Below, piece after piece: positions 47,865-57,722 of a stretch of 64,000 bases of DNA. The position numbers and the translations under genes are program-made. The notes beneath the pieces are model-generated. The model was given only the letters and a program-made list of their open reading frames with translations. It had not been told where the DNA came from and ran no database searches. The stretch lies in the NCBI GenBank assembly GCA_000002435.2, contig CM018793.1. The stretch is one strand, 5' to 3'. The DNA is from Giardia intestinalis. Lineage: Eukaryota. Each line of letters begins with the position of its first letter. Position 1 is the first letter of the stretch.

Positions 47865-48524
47865 ATGATTAGGCAGGACGTTCCCTCATACAAACTCTTT
47901 AACTATGCACTGCCACCGGACTACGACCCGCTAGATATACAAGAATTTACTACGGTGTTGCTTGTTGACGTTCTTGCAGCGCATAGAAGAGGCTATAACC
48001 CAGATAAGCTATTGACCATTGGGACAGGGGCTGGCCGCTTGTCCGGGGTATTCTTGCGAGTATACGACGGTCAAACTGTTGCGCTATCTGTTGATAGCAC
48101 ACAAGCATCCCTGTCTGCAGCCGTCGCAGGCCATAACATTAACGGGTATGGTGGACGCTCGGTTTACTGTATTGGGCAAGACCTTTCTGTGCTTGAAAAT
48201 GTGCCAACTGCAGCACGATTCTCTCTGATAGCATACAACCCCTACAACACGGACACCTTGCACCCAGGGAGACTACAGAGACAAGGTAGTGGTCAATCGC
48301 TCCTTGATCAGACTTTAGCAGAATTCATAGCACTGACGGCAGATTACCTAGATGAGAAGGGAAGGGCATTCATAGTCATTGAAACTACTAAAGAATTAGG
48401 AAGACATCAGAGGGCTGCAGGGCAGTTAGGCTTGCACTTCAGAATTGAGGGGTCTCGCCCATTCGAGGGCCACGACTACAGCGTTGTTCTTCTTTCGAGG
48501 CAAAAGACAGATGTATGCGCCTAA
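47865..48524 (+). CDS. Divergent HemK2-like methyltransferase paralogue, with NPY in place of NPPY
   Basis: It starts 17 nt after the stop of the upstream HemK2-like gene. The track start at 47799 overlaps that gene; the first ATG after its stop is 47865. It has the same layout: LPPDYDPLDIQEFTTVLLVDVL, LTIGTGAGRLSGVFL, LIAYNPYNTD. Confidence 0.5.
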   Translation: MIRQDVPSYKLFNYALPPDYDPLDIQEFTTVLLVDVLAAHRRGYNPDKLLTIGTGAGRLSGVFLRVYDGQTVALSVDSTQASLSAAVAGHNINGYGGRSVYCIGQDLSVLENVPTAARFSLIAYNPYNTDTLHPGRLQRQGSGQSLLDQTLAEFIALTADYLDEKGRAFIVIETTKELGRHQRAAGQLGLHFRIEGSRPFEGHDYSVVLLSRQKTDVCA

Positions 48525-48602
48525 CAATCTAGCAACACACAGAAATTGTCAGAGAAGTCACGACATGGATTTTGGCAGCAAAAACGCGGGAAAGATTGCC
48601 AC

Positions 48603-50864
48603 TCAGTTGAAATGCTTTCTCCGTCGTGTTATGGCAAGCTTATGAGCCTCATTGTAGCGACTTATCATTGCTGACCAGTCACATAGAACTGAGGCTCTCT
48701 CTGTCTTGTGCCTAAGGTTAGTGCGTTCTATAGGAGAAAGACGCACGAAGTCTACGAGCATGTTTGCCAAGCGATCTACGCTCTCATGATAGTCTATGTA
48801 CACGCGGTCAACCACTTGGACACCGAACTTCGACATATTCCAACTATTCTTGTCATGCTCGCTGATAATATACTCTATTGATTTCTGATGCAGAATTCTG
48901 TTGCTTACAGCCTTAGAACGAAGCTCGGGCGTTGTTGTCCCGGAAGGAGACGAAGGAGTATCTGAGTCTCGTGGCGAAGCCCCATAATCAGAAACACTTC
49001 CAGAGTGAGGGTATCTCTTTGAGTTCAGGTTGGAGATTGATGTGAGAGAAGCTACGTGATGAAGACGCTCGGATTGCTCAATCACACTCTTGGACCTGTT
49101 CTTGAAGGTATCCCGGGACACCATGGACTCTATGAAGCTTCCGAAGCCACAGAGGTTTGAAACTATGCTTGGCGTGCCTGCACAGCAGCACTCTGGACTT
49201 GTATAGCCCCACGGCTCATACAGAGAACAGAATACACCCAGGGACCCGCCCAATGTGAACTCGTTGTAATCCAGTCCAACGGGACTTGTCTTAGACACAA
49301 ACTCTGGTATCCAGACAACCTTAACACGTGATTCCTTCTGATTAACCAGCCCAAGTTCCCGCATGCGCACAAGAATGGGCTCGGTTGCGTCCTGGAGCGA
49401 TGGGTCGCGCAGAGTATGCGTCATTATGGATGGAAGGTTATTTCGTGAAGCATAAGATTGTTGACAGCGCTTCATCAGGACGATGTCATTTTTACTGAGA
49501 ATGTCGCCTAGAGTAAGCGAAGCAAGATTTTGTGAAAGAGCCGTGTTGGTGAGCAGGTCAACCAAATTTGTGGAGATCTTATTTGCCAACAGTCGGGTGC
49601 AGTCCTTGATCTCTTGCATCAAGGATATCCCCTTGAGAGTGTCAACTTGGTACTGGGAAACTTGGGAAGGGGCGATGATGATACCGACCACTGTGATATC
49701 CTTGTAATCCTCGAGGAGGGGATCTCTGAAGAACCTCTCGTTCAATGAGTGCAGCGCATCGAGGAACATATCATAGCCCTTGTTCTTGTACTCGAGGCGC
49801 CCTGCGGAGAAGATAATGATAGTCTTTTCCGGATTAAAGGTCGTGCCGTAGAAGTGTCCTCTACAAAAGTCAAGAATCTTTCCGTGGTAGTAGCTATGAC
49901 TTGCACCGATGTCGCTTCCCACAGACCTTGCAGAGTCAACGTCCATTCCGTTATAGGTGATCACATCTGGAGTCTTCCCAAGGAAACACTCGGCTTCTCT
50001 GCCCGTGATTTCTGAGACCGTCGTAAACACATCCGCCGTGTGCGCTGCAGCTCGTTCGATACGGTGCTCGACGGCGATCTTGCGTCTGCTGGCCTCCATG
50101 TCCCAGTGACTTGCACACTGGTCTGCGCTCTTTTCCTTTAGTACCTGGAGACAGTCCATAAGGCAGATATTGCCTGCAGAAAGGTGTCGCCCAAGCGTTG
50201 TCGCGTGTGTAGTAAAAAGGAAGTGGAGGTGGTTCTCGCGCTGCCCTGTTTCACAATTACCATTGCGAGAATAGAGGACTTGCGCAACACAACCAATCCA
50301 CTCGTGGGAGTGCATAATCACATTGACATCAGTAAACAGAAAGCTCATGGCATGCGAGACAAAGCACCAGCCCACGACACCAAAGAGAAATGCGTTCCAG
50401 ATGTATGGCTCTCGCTCTCCGAACCCAGGGTTCGGAATCTCCAGATTGCAAGCAGTCCTAAGGATGTTTCGCGCATGATCAATCTTATGTTCGAAATGTG
50501 TTCCTGAATTGTAGATCATCGGAAGGAGAAATACTTGGGGATTGCCGGCGGTGAGCCACCGGCCGTATTTGACCCCCTTGATTCCGTAGCGTGCCTCAAA
50601 GCTGTCAATAAGCTTGTAGAGGATCTCCGATTCCTCATTTCGTTCTGCCTCTTCAAAGTTGGTTGCAAACTTATCATCCCAAGAAAGGTGAGGCCCGACC
50701 ATGAAGTAGTTGTCCCCATATTCATTCACCATCGCGGGGGCCTTTGTGCGGACGACCGTCTCGATACCCCCCACCTTGTGGATGACTTCGTAGCAAAACT
50801 CCATGCAAATGACGTCCCCGGGACCTGGTCCGCCCTCTACGTCGTACATCTGCTCCTCCTCCAT
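48603..50864 (-). CDS. Glycogen synthase (eukaryotic GT3 family)
   Basis: N-terminal FCYEVIHKVGGIETVVRTKA...YFMVGP matches the glycogen synthase signature (EVANKVGGIYTV..TKA...Y.LIGP). 753 aa. Confidence 0.8.
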   Translation of the reverse strand: MEEEQMYDVEGGPGPGDVICMEFCYEVIHKVGGIETVVRTKAPAMVNEYGDNYFMVGPHLSWDDKFATNFEEAERNEESEILYKLIDSFEARYGIKGVKYGRWLTAGNPQVFLLPMIYNSGTHFEHKIDHARNILRTACNLEIPNPGFGEREPYIWNAFLFGVVGWCFVSHAMSFLFTDVNVIMHSHEWIGCVAQVLYSRNGNCETGQRENHLHFLFTTHATTLGRHLSAGNICLMDCLQVLKEKSADQCASHWDMEASRRKIAVEHRIERAAAHTADVFTTVSEITGREAECFLGKTPDVITYNGMDVDSARSVGSDIGASHSYYHGKILDFCRGHFYGTTFNPEKTIIIFSAGRLEYKNKGYDMFLDALHSLNERFFRDPLLEDYKDITVVGIIIAPSQVSQYQVDTLKGISLMQEIKDCTRLLANKISTNLVDLLTNTALSQNLASLTLGDILSKNDIVLMKRCQQSYASRNNLPSIMTHTLRDPSLQDATEPILVRMRELGLVNQKESRVKVVWIPEFVSKTSPVGLDYNEFTLGGSLGVFCSLYEPWGYTSPECCCAGTPSIVSNLCGFGSFIESMVSRDTFKNRSKSVIEQSERLHHVASLTSISNLNSKRYPHSGSVSDYGASPRDSDTPSSPSGTTTPELRSKAVSNRILHQKSIEYIISEHDKNSWNMSKFGVQVVDRVYIDYHESVDRLANMLVDFVRLSPIERTNLRHKTERASVLCDWSAMISRYNEAHKLAITRRRKHFN

Positions 50865-51189
50865 CGACAGGAATTTTAAAGTTCTTTTTAAATAATATAT
50901 TTAAGCAATTGCAATTTGATGTAAAAGAGGCAAGTTTGCACTTGGCCACCTCGCCTAAGGTTGCACTTATGTAATATGCGAAGCAAGATCTATGAATCCG
51001 ACCAGGCCATAATCGTTTGTACGTTCTGTTTTATCATCTTTGTGTACTAAAGTTTATCCAATACAACTGCTGTCAGATACCATAGGGATGTAAGCGTCCA
51101 CAAGAGCGTAAAGAGACAGCCCATCTCAACTGGTCGCAAACTGCACGGCTGTGTGCCTCCAATTAAAATAGATTCAAAAAAATCTATTA

Positions 51190-52449
51190 ATGGATTGTTG
51201 TAAGAGAAAGAAGTTCTTTGCCCCCGTTGTGACGCATGTGGCAGTAACCTCATCCGCGCGGAAATCGATGAATCAGAACAAAAGGCCAATTGCGTTCGAC
51301 CAAGCCCTCACAACCATTGCACACATGGACCAGGCAATGACGGCCTTTGGGTCCAGCGAGGGCACTTTCTACACATTCAATTGGGCATCTTGCCGGATTA
51401 CAGAGGTCGCAAAGCTGGAAAGCTCCATCCGATCCATCTTTTGCTTTAACAGAGAAGCGTTTGTCGGTCTTAGCAACGGTGAGATATACCTCATTCCTAA
51501 CCTGGTATCCATGGAAAAGGTGACACCCATCTGTGTGGCATCCCTGGGCAGCGCCGTTATTACAATTGGAATGGCAGGCACACCAGGGAACGCATTTCTG
51601 TGCGCAGCCACTAAAGATTGTCACTTGTATGTTTACCGGATGTCCTCGGCGCGCCTTAGTTATAGTGTTGGCCGGGGTCGTGTTTTCAGTAGCCTTCCGC
51701 GCTTCTCCTCTGCTTCCAAACCTAATCCAGACAATGTGCAGGCACCAGTAGAAAGGGATAAGGCAGACACCATAGATGATTCGGTAACAGAGGAGGATTC
51801 AAGCGATTATGTAGACACGGACCCTTCACACGTAAAGCCAGAGTGGAAATTGTTTAAGGAATACGCGACCCCCTCCTGCATTGCAAACACCACAGATCAT
51901 TTCTTCGGGTATTGCACAGAAGACCTTTCTTTCTATTACTTCAATGCCCTCACCCAGAAGCAACTATATAAGATCGAGGACGAGTCTCAGTTTGTCAAGG
52001 TAGCCCACATATATGAGCGCACATCCAAGTACAACATGGCGGGCATACGGTCTGCACTATTGGGATATAACGGTACGGCATCAGATGGAGGCCACGTCAG
52101 GCTTGTGAACCTGACCACCGGAGAGTCTCGGATTGTCTATACCTCTTGCTATAATGGCTGTAAGGGCGTGTTCGGCGTTCTGCGCTACATGGTCATGGCC
52201 GACAGTAATTCGTTAGTCGTGTGTAAGATCGGAGTTGCAGATGCGACAGAACTGCATAGGGAGTCCTTTGCAGGAGGCTTTATAGTACTCAAATCAGACT
52301 TTTGCGTAAATCAGTTGACAGAGACATCCGCCTCCGTTTGCGCAACGCTTCTGTTTAATGGTGGGGACTATTGCCGCGTAACCATTGAAATAGATTGTGA
52401 GACAGACAGCGTTTCCACGGAAATATTTGGATCTACGCTATTTGTGTGA
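51190..52449 (+). CDS. Hypothetical protein (probably beta-propeller-like)
   Basis: 419-aa ORF with an ATG start. No family recognised. Confidence 0.4.
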   Translation: MDCCKRKKFFAPVVTHVAVTSSARKSMNQNKRPIAFDQALTTIAHMDQAMTAFGSSEGTFYTFNWASCRITEVAKLESSIRSIFCFNREAFVGLSNGEIYLIPNLVSMEKVTPICVASLGSAVITIGMAGTPGNAFLCAATKDCHLYVYRMSSARLSYSVGRGRVFSSLPRFSSASKPNPDNVQAPVERDKADTIDDSVTEEDSSDYVDTDPSHVKPEWKLFKEYATPSCIANTTDHFFGYCTEDLSFYYFNALTQKQLYKIEDESQFVKVAHIYERTSKYNMAGIRSALLGYNGTASDGGHVRLVNLTTGESRIVYTSCYNGCKGVFGVLRYMVMADSNSLVVCKIGVADATELHRESFAGGFIVLKSDFCVNQLTETSASVCATLLFNGGDYCRVTIEIDCETDSVSTEIFGSTLFV

Positions 52450-52547
52450 GCGTTCTACTAGTGAATCTCTCTTTGTGTATATTTCTATTTCTATGCCATG
52501 GAGAGTAGTAAGGCATACGCTTAGCTGCTCCTAACCAAAAATCAGAG

Positions 52548-55500
52548 ATGAAGGTGGAGCCTCTGTGGTCTCTGGATGTGGGTACTCAGCCCGTCTACAG
52601 CTTGGTGCGGACTCCAGATGGGACCAAGATGTATGCAGCAACGGGAAAAACCGTTGTCACGTTTGGTCCTGGTCCCGAAATTACTCGGCAGACATCTACT
52701 CAACACCCACTCGTCACATGTCTGGCGATCTCTCCAGACGGACACATGGTCGTCAGCATGGGGACAGATGGGGCTGTGATGTTTAACGATTCCACAGGGG
52801 CCGCTCTTTTCAAATACAGTCACCAGAATGAAGTACAGGCCGCTGCCTTTTCTCCAGACGGGTCTCTCTTTGTCTCTGCTGCTATAGGAGATGTTGGTAT
52901 CTATCATTGCAGGGACGTGAAGACGAAGGTCATGAAACAGTCCTTCAAAGGAACCCCTCGCGCCATTGCATGGGCACCCGGATCCGACTGGTTTGTGATT
53001 TCCACGCAGGACGGCGACTTGGTCATAATGACTCCCGAAGGAATGGAGTTAAATAGCTGCAATTTAGGAGCCCCTGCATGGGCGTTGAAAGTAGTTCAGT
53101 GCAGTTCATTTCTCGTTCAACCTAATACTGCTCTGGATGTGGACATTGCCAACAGCAGTGATGATGAATTTACGATCCCTCAAACGGTGACCCCGTCCGC
53201 ATCAGCATCTGGGCGCTCTGGATCTGGAAAACGGCACAAGGTAGAACTTGATCGCGAGGAGTTTATTACGTCTCACAACATGGACAACTTCCGTATATTA
53301 GTTGCATCTTGGGACATGCGATATCGAGTGATAAACCCGTCTGTTTATGCCGACGGAGCTTGCATTGCGAAGATGACTGATGGGGGCTCCGATTCTCGAT
53401 CACGTTCTTCCTCGCGGCGTAGGTTGGATGGGCTCCTAGTGGCTGTCTCTGAGATCCCATTTATACCGCTCTGCATGGAGATCATTGGAAACTATGTCTT
53501 TCTTTCTGGGGTTGGAGGATCGGTCGTGGTTCTCAATAGTAGTAATGGGAGGGTTCTCTCGTCTCTCTATCAAGTCTGGGAGTCGGACCCGTTCATCAGC
53601 AAGGCCCCCCTAATCCCCACAGAATCTCAGTCCAAACACTTGCCGCAAAAGAGGACCATCATGGGTCAAGTGACAACATGCACCGACGTCAATCAGAGAC
53701 TCATGGAGCTTCGCAAGCGAGAAGCCATGGCCAATAGGAACGTGAAGAATGTGACCAATCCTCTTGCTTTCCACGGCATGCACACCATCTGGTGCTACTC
53801 TATGATACACGTTGAGCCATCCTCTTTAATACTGGGATTAAGTAATGGGGTATTGCTCTGTCTCTCTCTCAGATACGCAATGATTCACAGTCAGTATGGC
53901 AGCCTCTATGCTTACAGGCGAGGCCTAATGAGCGTCAGTGTTATGAACCTTTCTACTGGACGGGAGTCAATCTTAGAAGTAGGGATGCATGTCGAGAACC
54001 TTTCTATTTATGAGTCAACGCTTGCCATAAAAACATCCTCTAGATTGCTTCTCTATCGCCTCCAGGATCCTGCCTTAAAGAAGCGTAACATAGAAAGTGT
54101 TATGGACTATTACAGCTCATCTACGAATGGCCTTATTGAGACAGACAGGTCCAGACGGCAAAACATGTCATCCCTCAGTTACTCTTTTGAGACATCAATT
54201 AAGAAGCGGTTCGTTTGCAGCCAGCTGATAGTTTCCAATAACCATTTCTTCCTGTGCAATGTCTCCCACATATCTGTTCACGACTTCTCTGGGAAACAGA
54301 CCGATAGATGGACTTTTAAACAGCTTAAGTGCACCTATGTGAGGTCTATCGGGGGGATACCCAGCAACGAGGCTGTGCTTGTTGGTTTTGATACTGGAAA
54401 AGTATGCATCTTCAAGATTGGAAACAAGTTCCCCATAGAGCTGCTTCTTCATAGGTCACCTATTGTTTCATTAGATATTAGTCCCGATAGAAAGTATATC
54501 TCTGTTGTCGACAGGAGTGATGTTGTTAGTGTGTACAAGTTCCTGGATGACTCTGAGATTGTCCTAGGAGCTACCAACATGGCTGTAGTAGAGCACGAAA
54601 ACACGCCTACAAGTTATTCGAGAATAGCTGCTCTTGCGCACGTCTCCCTTGACGGAAACTTGCCTGGGATCACAACTGGTCAGGACTATTCCGTTCCCTT
54701 GTACACATTCAAAGGCACCACCTCAGCTATTTGGGACCTTGTACTTCCTGGGGTGCTGGCGCGAAGCACCCAGAAGTCTGTAGATATATGTATAGACAGC
54801 GGAGTTTCATATACGTTTCAGCTGTCCTATCCAGGGTCTTTTGTATTATGCCAGAACGGCAACCGCGCATTTATATTCAACGTCAGCTACTTAGGCCAAT
54901 CGCTCGTTAACCTAGATTATTCATCTTTGATAGAGATGGTCGAGGTCCCTATGATGCCTATGGTTATCTATCGCACACACAAGGTGTTGCGTATGCTTCT
55001 AGACTCGAACTATGAAGCAGGAGCTGTCTTTCCTTCACAAGCTGCCAACTATGAGCTTAATGAGGCTATCAAGGCGGCTAATCTTGGTGTGCCAATGGAT
55101 TGCTGGCGTGACCTTGCAATTGCCGCATTGCTCAGTAATGAGCTTGATCTTGCCAGGGAGGTTCTTGCCACCATCGGTGACATCCGTTCCCTTAAGGCCA
55201 TAGCAGAGATCACTCGCCAAACATCTACAAAAACGTATCTCTTACTTTCAGCCTTAGCTCTCAGCATGTGTGACCATTTTTCTGAGGCAAGCCTACTCTT
55301 CGCCGCGTCAGACGATATCCAAATGGCGACTGAGCTACTTTTCTTTATTAACCGCGAATGCATTCCTTACAACAGTCCAAACTCCTCATTAATAAGCTCT
55401 ATTGCAAAGAAGCTGATTTGCAGAGAACTACACTCCAGTCTTACTGGCACCGAAGAAAAGATTCTAGAAGTACTTAAGACGCAGGGCGATAGCACGTATT

Positions 55501-57677
55501 CACCACTGGGCACTCAAACAGCTCCTGAGGCGAAGGAGACTAACACTGCTTTACTTACAGATTTCTCCGACAAACTCTTGGCTAAAGGAAGGGCGACTGT
55601 TAACAAGTTTTTATCTGCCATTGAGTCAGGCTCGTCCAAGGCTGACGGACCGGGTAATGACAACAAAGACACATACAACTACTTTAACGATTACCGCATC
55701 TTGCTACGGAGACAGATATCTAGTTTTGCAAAGACAGAATCGGAGAGAGCGAACCTAGTTGTTCGGCACTCTAAGTTCTTGGAGACGAGTCTTGAGTGGC
55801 GGGCTGCAGCAGCAAGCTATCTAGACATGGATGACCCCGAGAGTGCTATTGATGTTCTGATCACAAGCAAGCAGACAGGTGCACTTCTGAGATTGGTCAG
55901 AATTTTCCCACCTGTTGCTCGTGAACTGAATCATAAGGCTCCGAGCTTTAACGACTTTGAGTCACCAGAAGACGCAGATGAATATGCTCCATCCTCTGTT
56001 CAAAACCAAATGTTGAAGCGTGCATATCGGAAAGCACTTGTTTACTTTGAGAAGAGTAATGACTACTCCAACGCTATTTTCATAGCCCAGCGCCTCGGAG
56101 ATCCTCTAGTGTTGCTACGCCTGCTAATTCAGCAAGGCAGTTGGAGTCAAGTGGAAGCCCTTGGAAAGGCCTATCCGGAAATGATGCCCTCCATTCATGA
56201 GGCGAAGGCTTCGATGTTACTGCGGGAAGGGCGGTTCATTGAGGCTCTGGAGAGATTGCGCTTGTCAGGAAACACAAGCAAAGAAGCGATTATCATCAAA
56301 CAACTTATAGACGCGTCAATAGCGGAGTGTAAGTTCAATTTGACTCGCGCCCTGACAGGACAACTTGCAAAGCAAATAGCAAAGACGCGCGCTTTTGCGG
56401 CACTGTCTGTTTCAAGCATGGAATACTATGCTGCAATAAAGGCTATTAGAGCCCGTGTCCTGGTCTATACCGGCTACCAGCAAGTCATGGAGTACATGGT
56501 AAACATTCTCAGAAGCCGCGATCTATCTGACATAACAATGATAAGGCTTCACGACAACACGCAGTCAGCCAAAGTAGTGACAGCAGGGATCTTCCTTACA
56601 AGCTATGCTGCAATGGCCAATGAGCTCACCAACGCTGATAGCGTCTTTTCAGAGGAGCTAGAGAACAATACTGGCATTCTTTCTGGAGAGGACACAGTCA
56701 AAGCTTCAAGCCAACGATCTAAAAAGGATAATCCCCCGTCTTTGCGCTCCACCATAGGCTTTATAACCTCATCAACAACACCGCAGCTGGGCTCACTGGC
56801 CCACATTGACCTTGGAATTAATAACATGAATATACCGCCAGGCATCTCTGAGCTTATAATTTGGGTCTGTCTTGCCCTGGCCTCTCGAAGGACCTACCCA
56901 GAAGTTGAGGCTCGAGCTCTGAAAAGGATTCTTGCCTCGCGGATCCCAGGCCCCATGATAGGGTATTTTCGGCGTCAAATGCTTCTTGTGAAAGGCACCC
57001 CCGCAAAAGATTTCTCACACGGCGAGTCCAGCGATGCAGAAAGCCGCGACGCTTGTCCTAGATGTGCTGCACCGCTCAAGGCTCTCCCTCCGTCCAGGCC
57101 TGTAGGTGCTCAGGACATGGCGATCCTTTCCAGTCTACCGCATTGCTGTCCTGTATTCTCAGATATATGCAAAAACTGTGGATCGCCTATAGTGCGTTCT
57201 GCTTTAAGCCTTAAGATCCTTCCTTTGGTTTTGGCTGAACCCGATGACGAAACTAGTATTGCAGTTGCACTTGAACGGGCTGCTGCAGTAGAGATGGATA
57301 TCGAGGCCCTTATGGGAGAGACAAACCGATTAGAAATAGGCACTGATGATCTGCAGACTGATGAGGGTGTCGTTGACGTGCTGCGGAGAGCAAGCATCGC
57401 CGGAGATGGCCGTGGGGCCGTCCTTACCAGCGAGCAATTTGAAAAGATATCACCGGCAAATATCTTCATAGTGGACGACACCTGGTCTAACCCATCTCTC
57501 CTTCCTCGGTTTGTCGTTGGGAATGTAATCAAGCGTTTCTTTATACGTACCATAAGCGACTTTCAGCTTCACTACTGTACGGGATGCGGATTCTTCTTTG
57601 ACGGCATAGAGTATGAGGAGTACGTCATCGTCACGGGCAGCTGCCCCATTTGCGGGGCTACCAACATAGTACTGTAA
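52548..57677 (+). CDS. Very large WD40 (two-propeller) plus alpha-solenoid protein with C-terminal zinc-ribbon-like CxxC pairs (IFT-A / HOPS / SEA-type architecture)
   Basis: 1709 aa. ATG in an AT-rich context. N-terminal WD-like blades (LVTCLAISPDGHMVVSMGTDGAVMFN, AAAFSPDGSLFVSAAIGDVGIYH). Long helical region. C-terminus CPRCAAPL...CKNCGSPIV...HYCTGCGFFF...CPICGATNIVL. Confidence 0.6.
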   Translation: MKVEPLWSLDVGTQPVYSLVRTPDGTKMYAATGKTVVTFGPGPEITRQTSTQHPLVTCLAISPDGHMVVSMGTDGAVMFNDSTGAALFKYSHQNEVQAAAFSPDGSLFVSAAIGDVGIYHCRDVKTKVMKQSFKGTPRAIAWAPGSDWFVISTQDGDLVIMTPEGMELNSCNLGAPAWALKVVQCSSFLVQPNTALDVDIANSSDDEFTIPQTVTPSASASGRSGSGKRHKVELDREEFITSHNMDNFRILVASWDMRYRVINPSVYADGACIAKMTDGGSDSRSRSSSRRRLDGLLVAVSEIPFIPLCMEIIGNYVFLSGVGGSVVVLNSSNGRVLSSLYQVWESDPFISKAPLIPTESQSKHLPQKRTIMGQVTTCTDVNQRLMELRKREAMANRNVKNVTNPLAFHGMHTIWCYSMIHVEPSSLILGLSNGVLLCLSLRYAMIHSQYGSLYAYRRGLMSVSVMNLSTGRESILEVGMHVENLSIYESTLAIKTSSRLLLYRLQDPALKKRNIESVMDYYSSSTNGLIETDRSRRQNMSSLSYSFETSIKKRFVCSQLIVSNNHFFLCNVSHISVHDFSGKQTDRWTFKQLKCTYVRSIGGIPSNEAVLVGFDTGKVCIFKIGNKFPIELLLHRSPIVSLDISPDRKYISVVDRSDVVSVYKFLDDSEIVLGATNMAVVEHENTPTSYSRIAALAHVSLDGNLPGITTGQDYSVPLYTFKGTTSAIWDLVLPGVLARSTQKSVDICIDSGVSYTFQLSYPGSFVLCQNGNRAFIFNVSYLGQSLVNLDYSSLIEMVEVPMMPMVIYRTHKVLRMLLDSNYEAGAVFPSQAANYELNEAIKAANLGVPMDCWRDLAIAALLSNELDLAREVLATIGDIRSLKAIAEITRQTSTKTYLLLSALALSMCDHFSEASLLFAASDDIQMATELLFFINRECIPYNSPNSSLISSIAKKLICRELHSSLTGTEEKILEVLKTQGDSTYSPLGTQTAPEAKETNTALLTDFSDKLLAKGRATVNKFLSAIESGSSKADGPGNDNKDTYNYFNDYRILLRRQISSFAKTESERANLVVRHSKFLETSLEWRAAAASYLDMDDPESAIDVLITSKQTGALLRLVRIFPPVARELNHKAPSFNDFESPEDADEYAPSSVQNQMLKRAYRKALVYFEKSNDYSNAIFIAQRLGDPLVLLRLLIQQGSWSQVEALGKAYPEMMPSIHEAKASMLLREGRFIEALERLRLSGNTSKEAIIIKQLIDASIAECKFNLTRALTGQLAKQIAKTRAFAALSVSSMEYYAAIKAIRARVLVYTGYQQVMEYMVNILRSRDLSDITMIRLHDNTQSAKVVTAGIFLTSYAAMANELTNADSVFSEELENNTGILSGEDTVKASSQRSKKDNPPSLRSTIGFITSSTTPQLGSLAHIDLGINNMNIPPGISELIIWVCLALASRRTYPEVEARALKRILASRIPGPMIGYFRRQMLLVKGTPAKDFSHGESSDAESRDACPRCAAPLKALPPSRPVGAQDMAILSSLPHCCPVFSDICKNCGSPIVRSALSLKILPLVLAEPDDETSIAVALERAAAVEMDIEALMGETNRLEIGTDDLQTDEGVVDVLRRASIAGDGRGAVLTSEQFEKISPANIFIVDDTWSNPSLLPRFVVGNVIKRFFIRTISDFQLHYCTGCGFFFDGIEYEEYVIVTGSCPICGATNIVL

Positions 57678-57722
57678 CATGAAAGTTTACTGTTTGACCA
57701 AGGTTGCTCTTATCTCTTGCTC

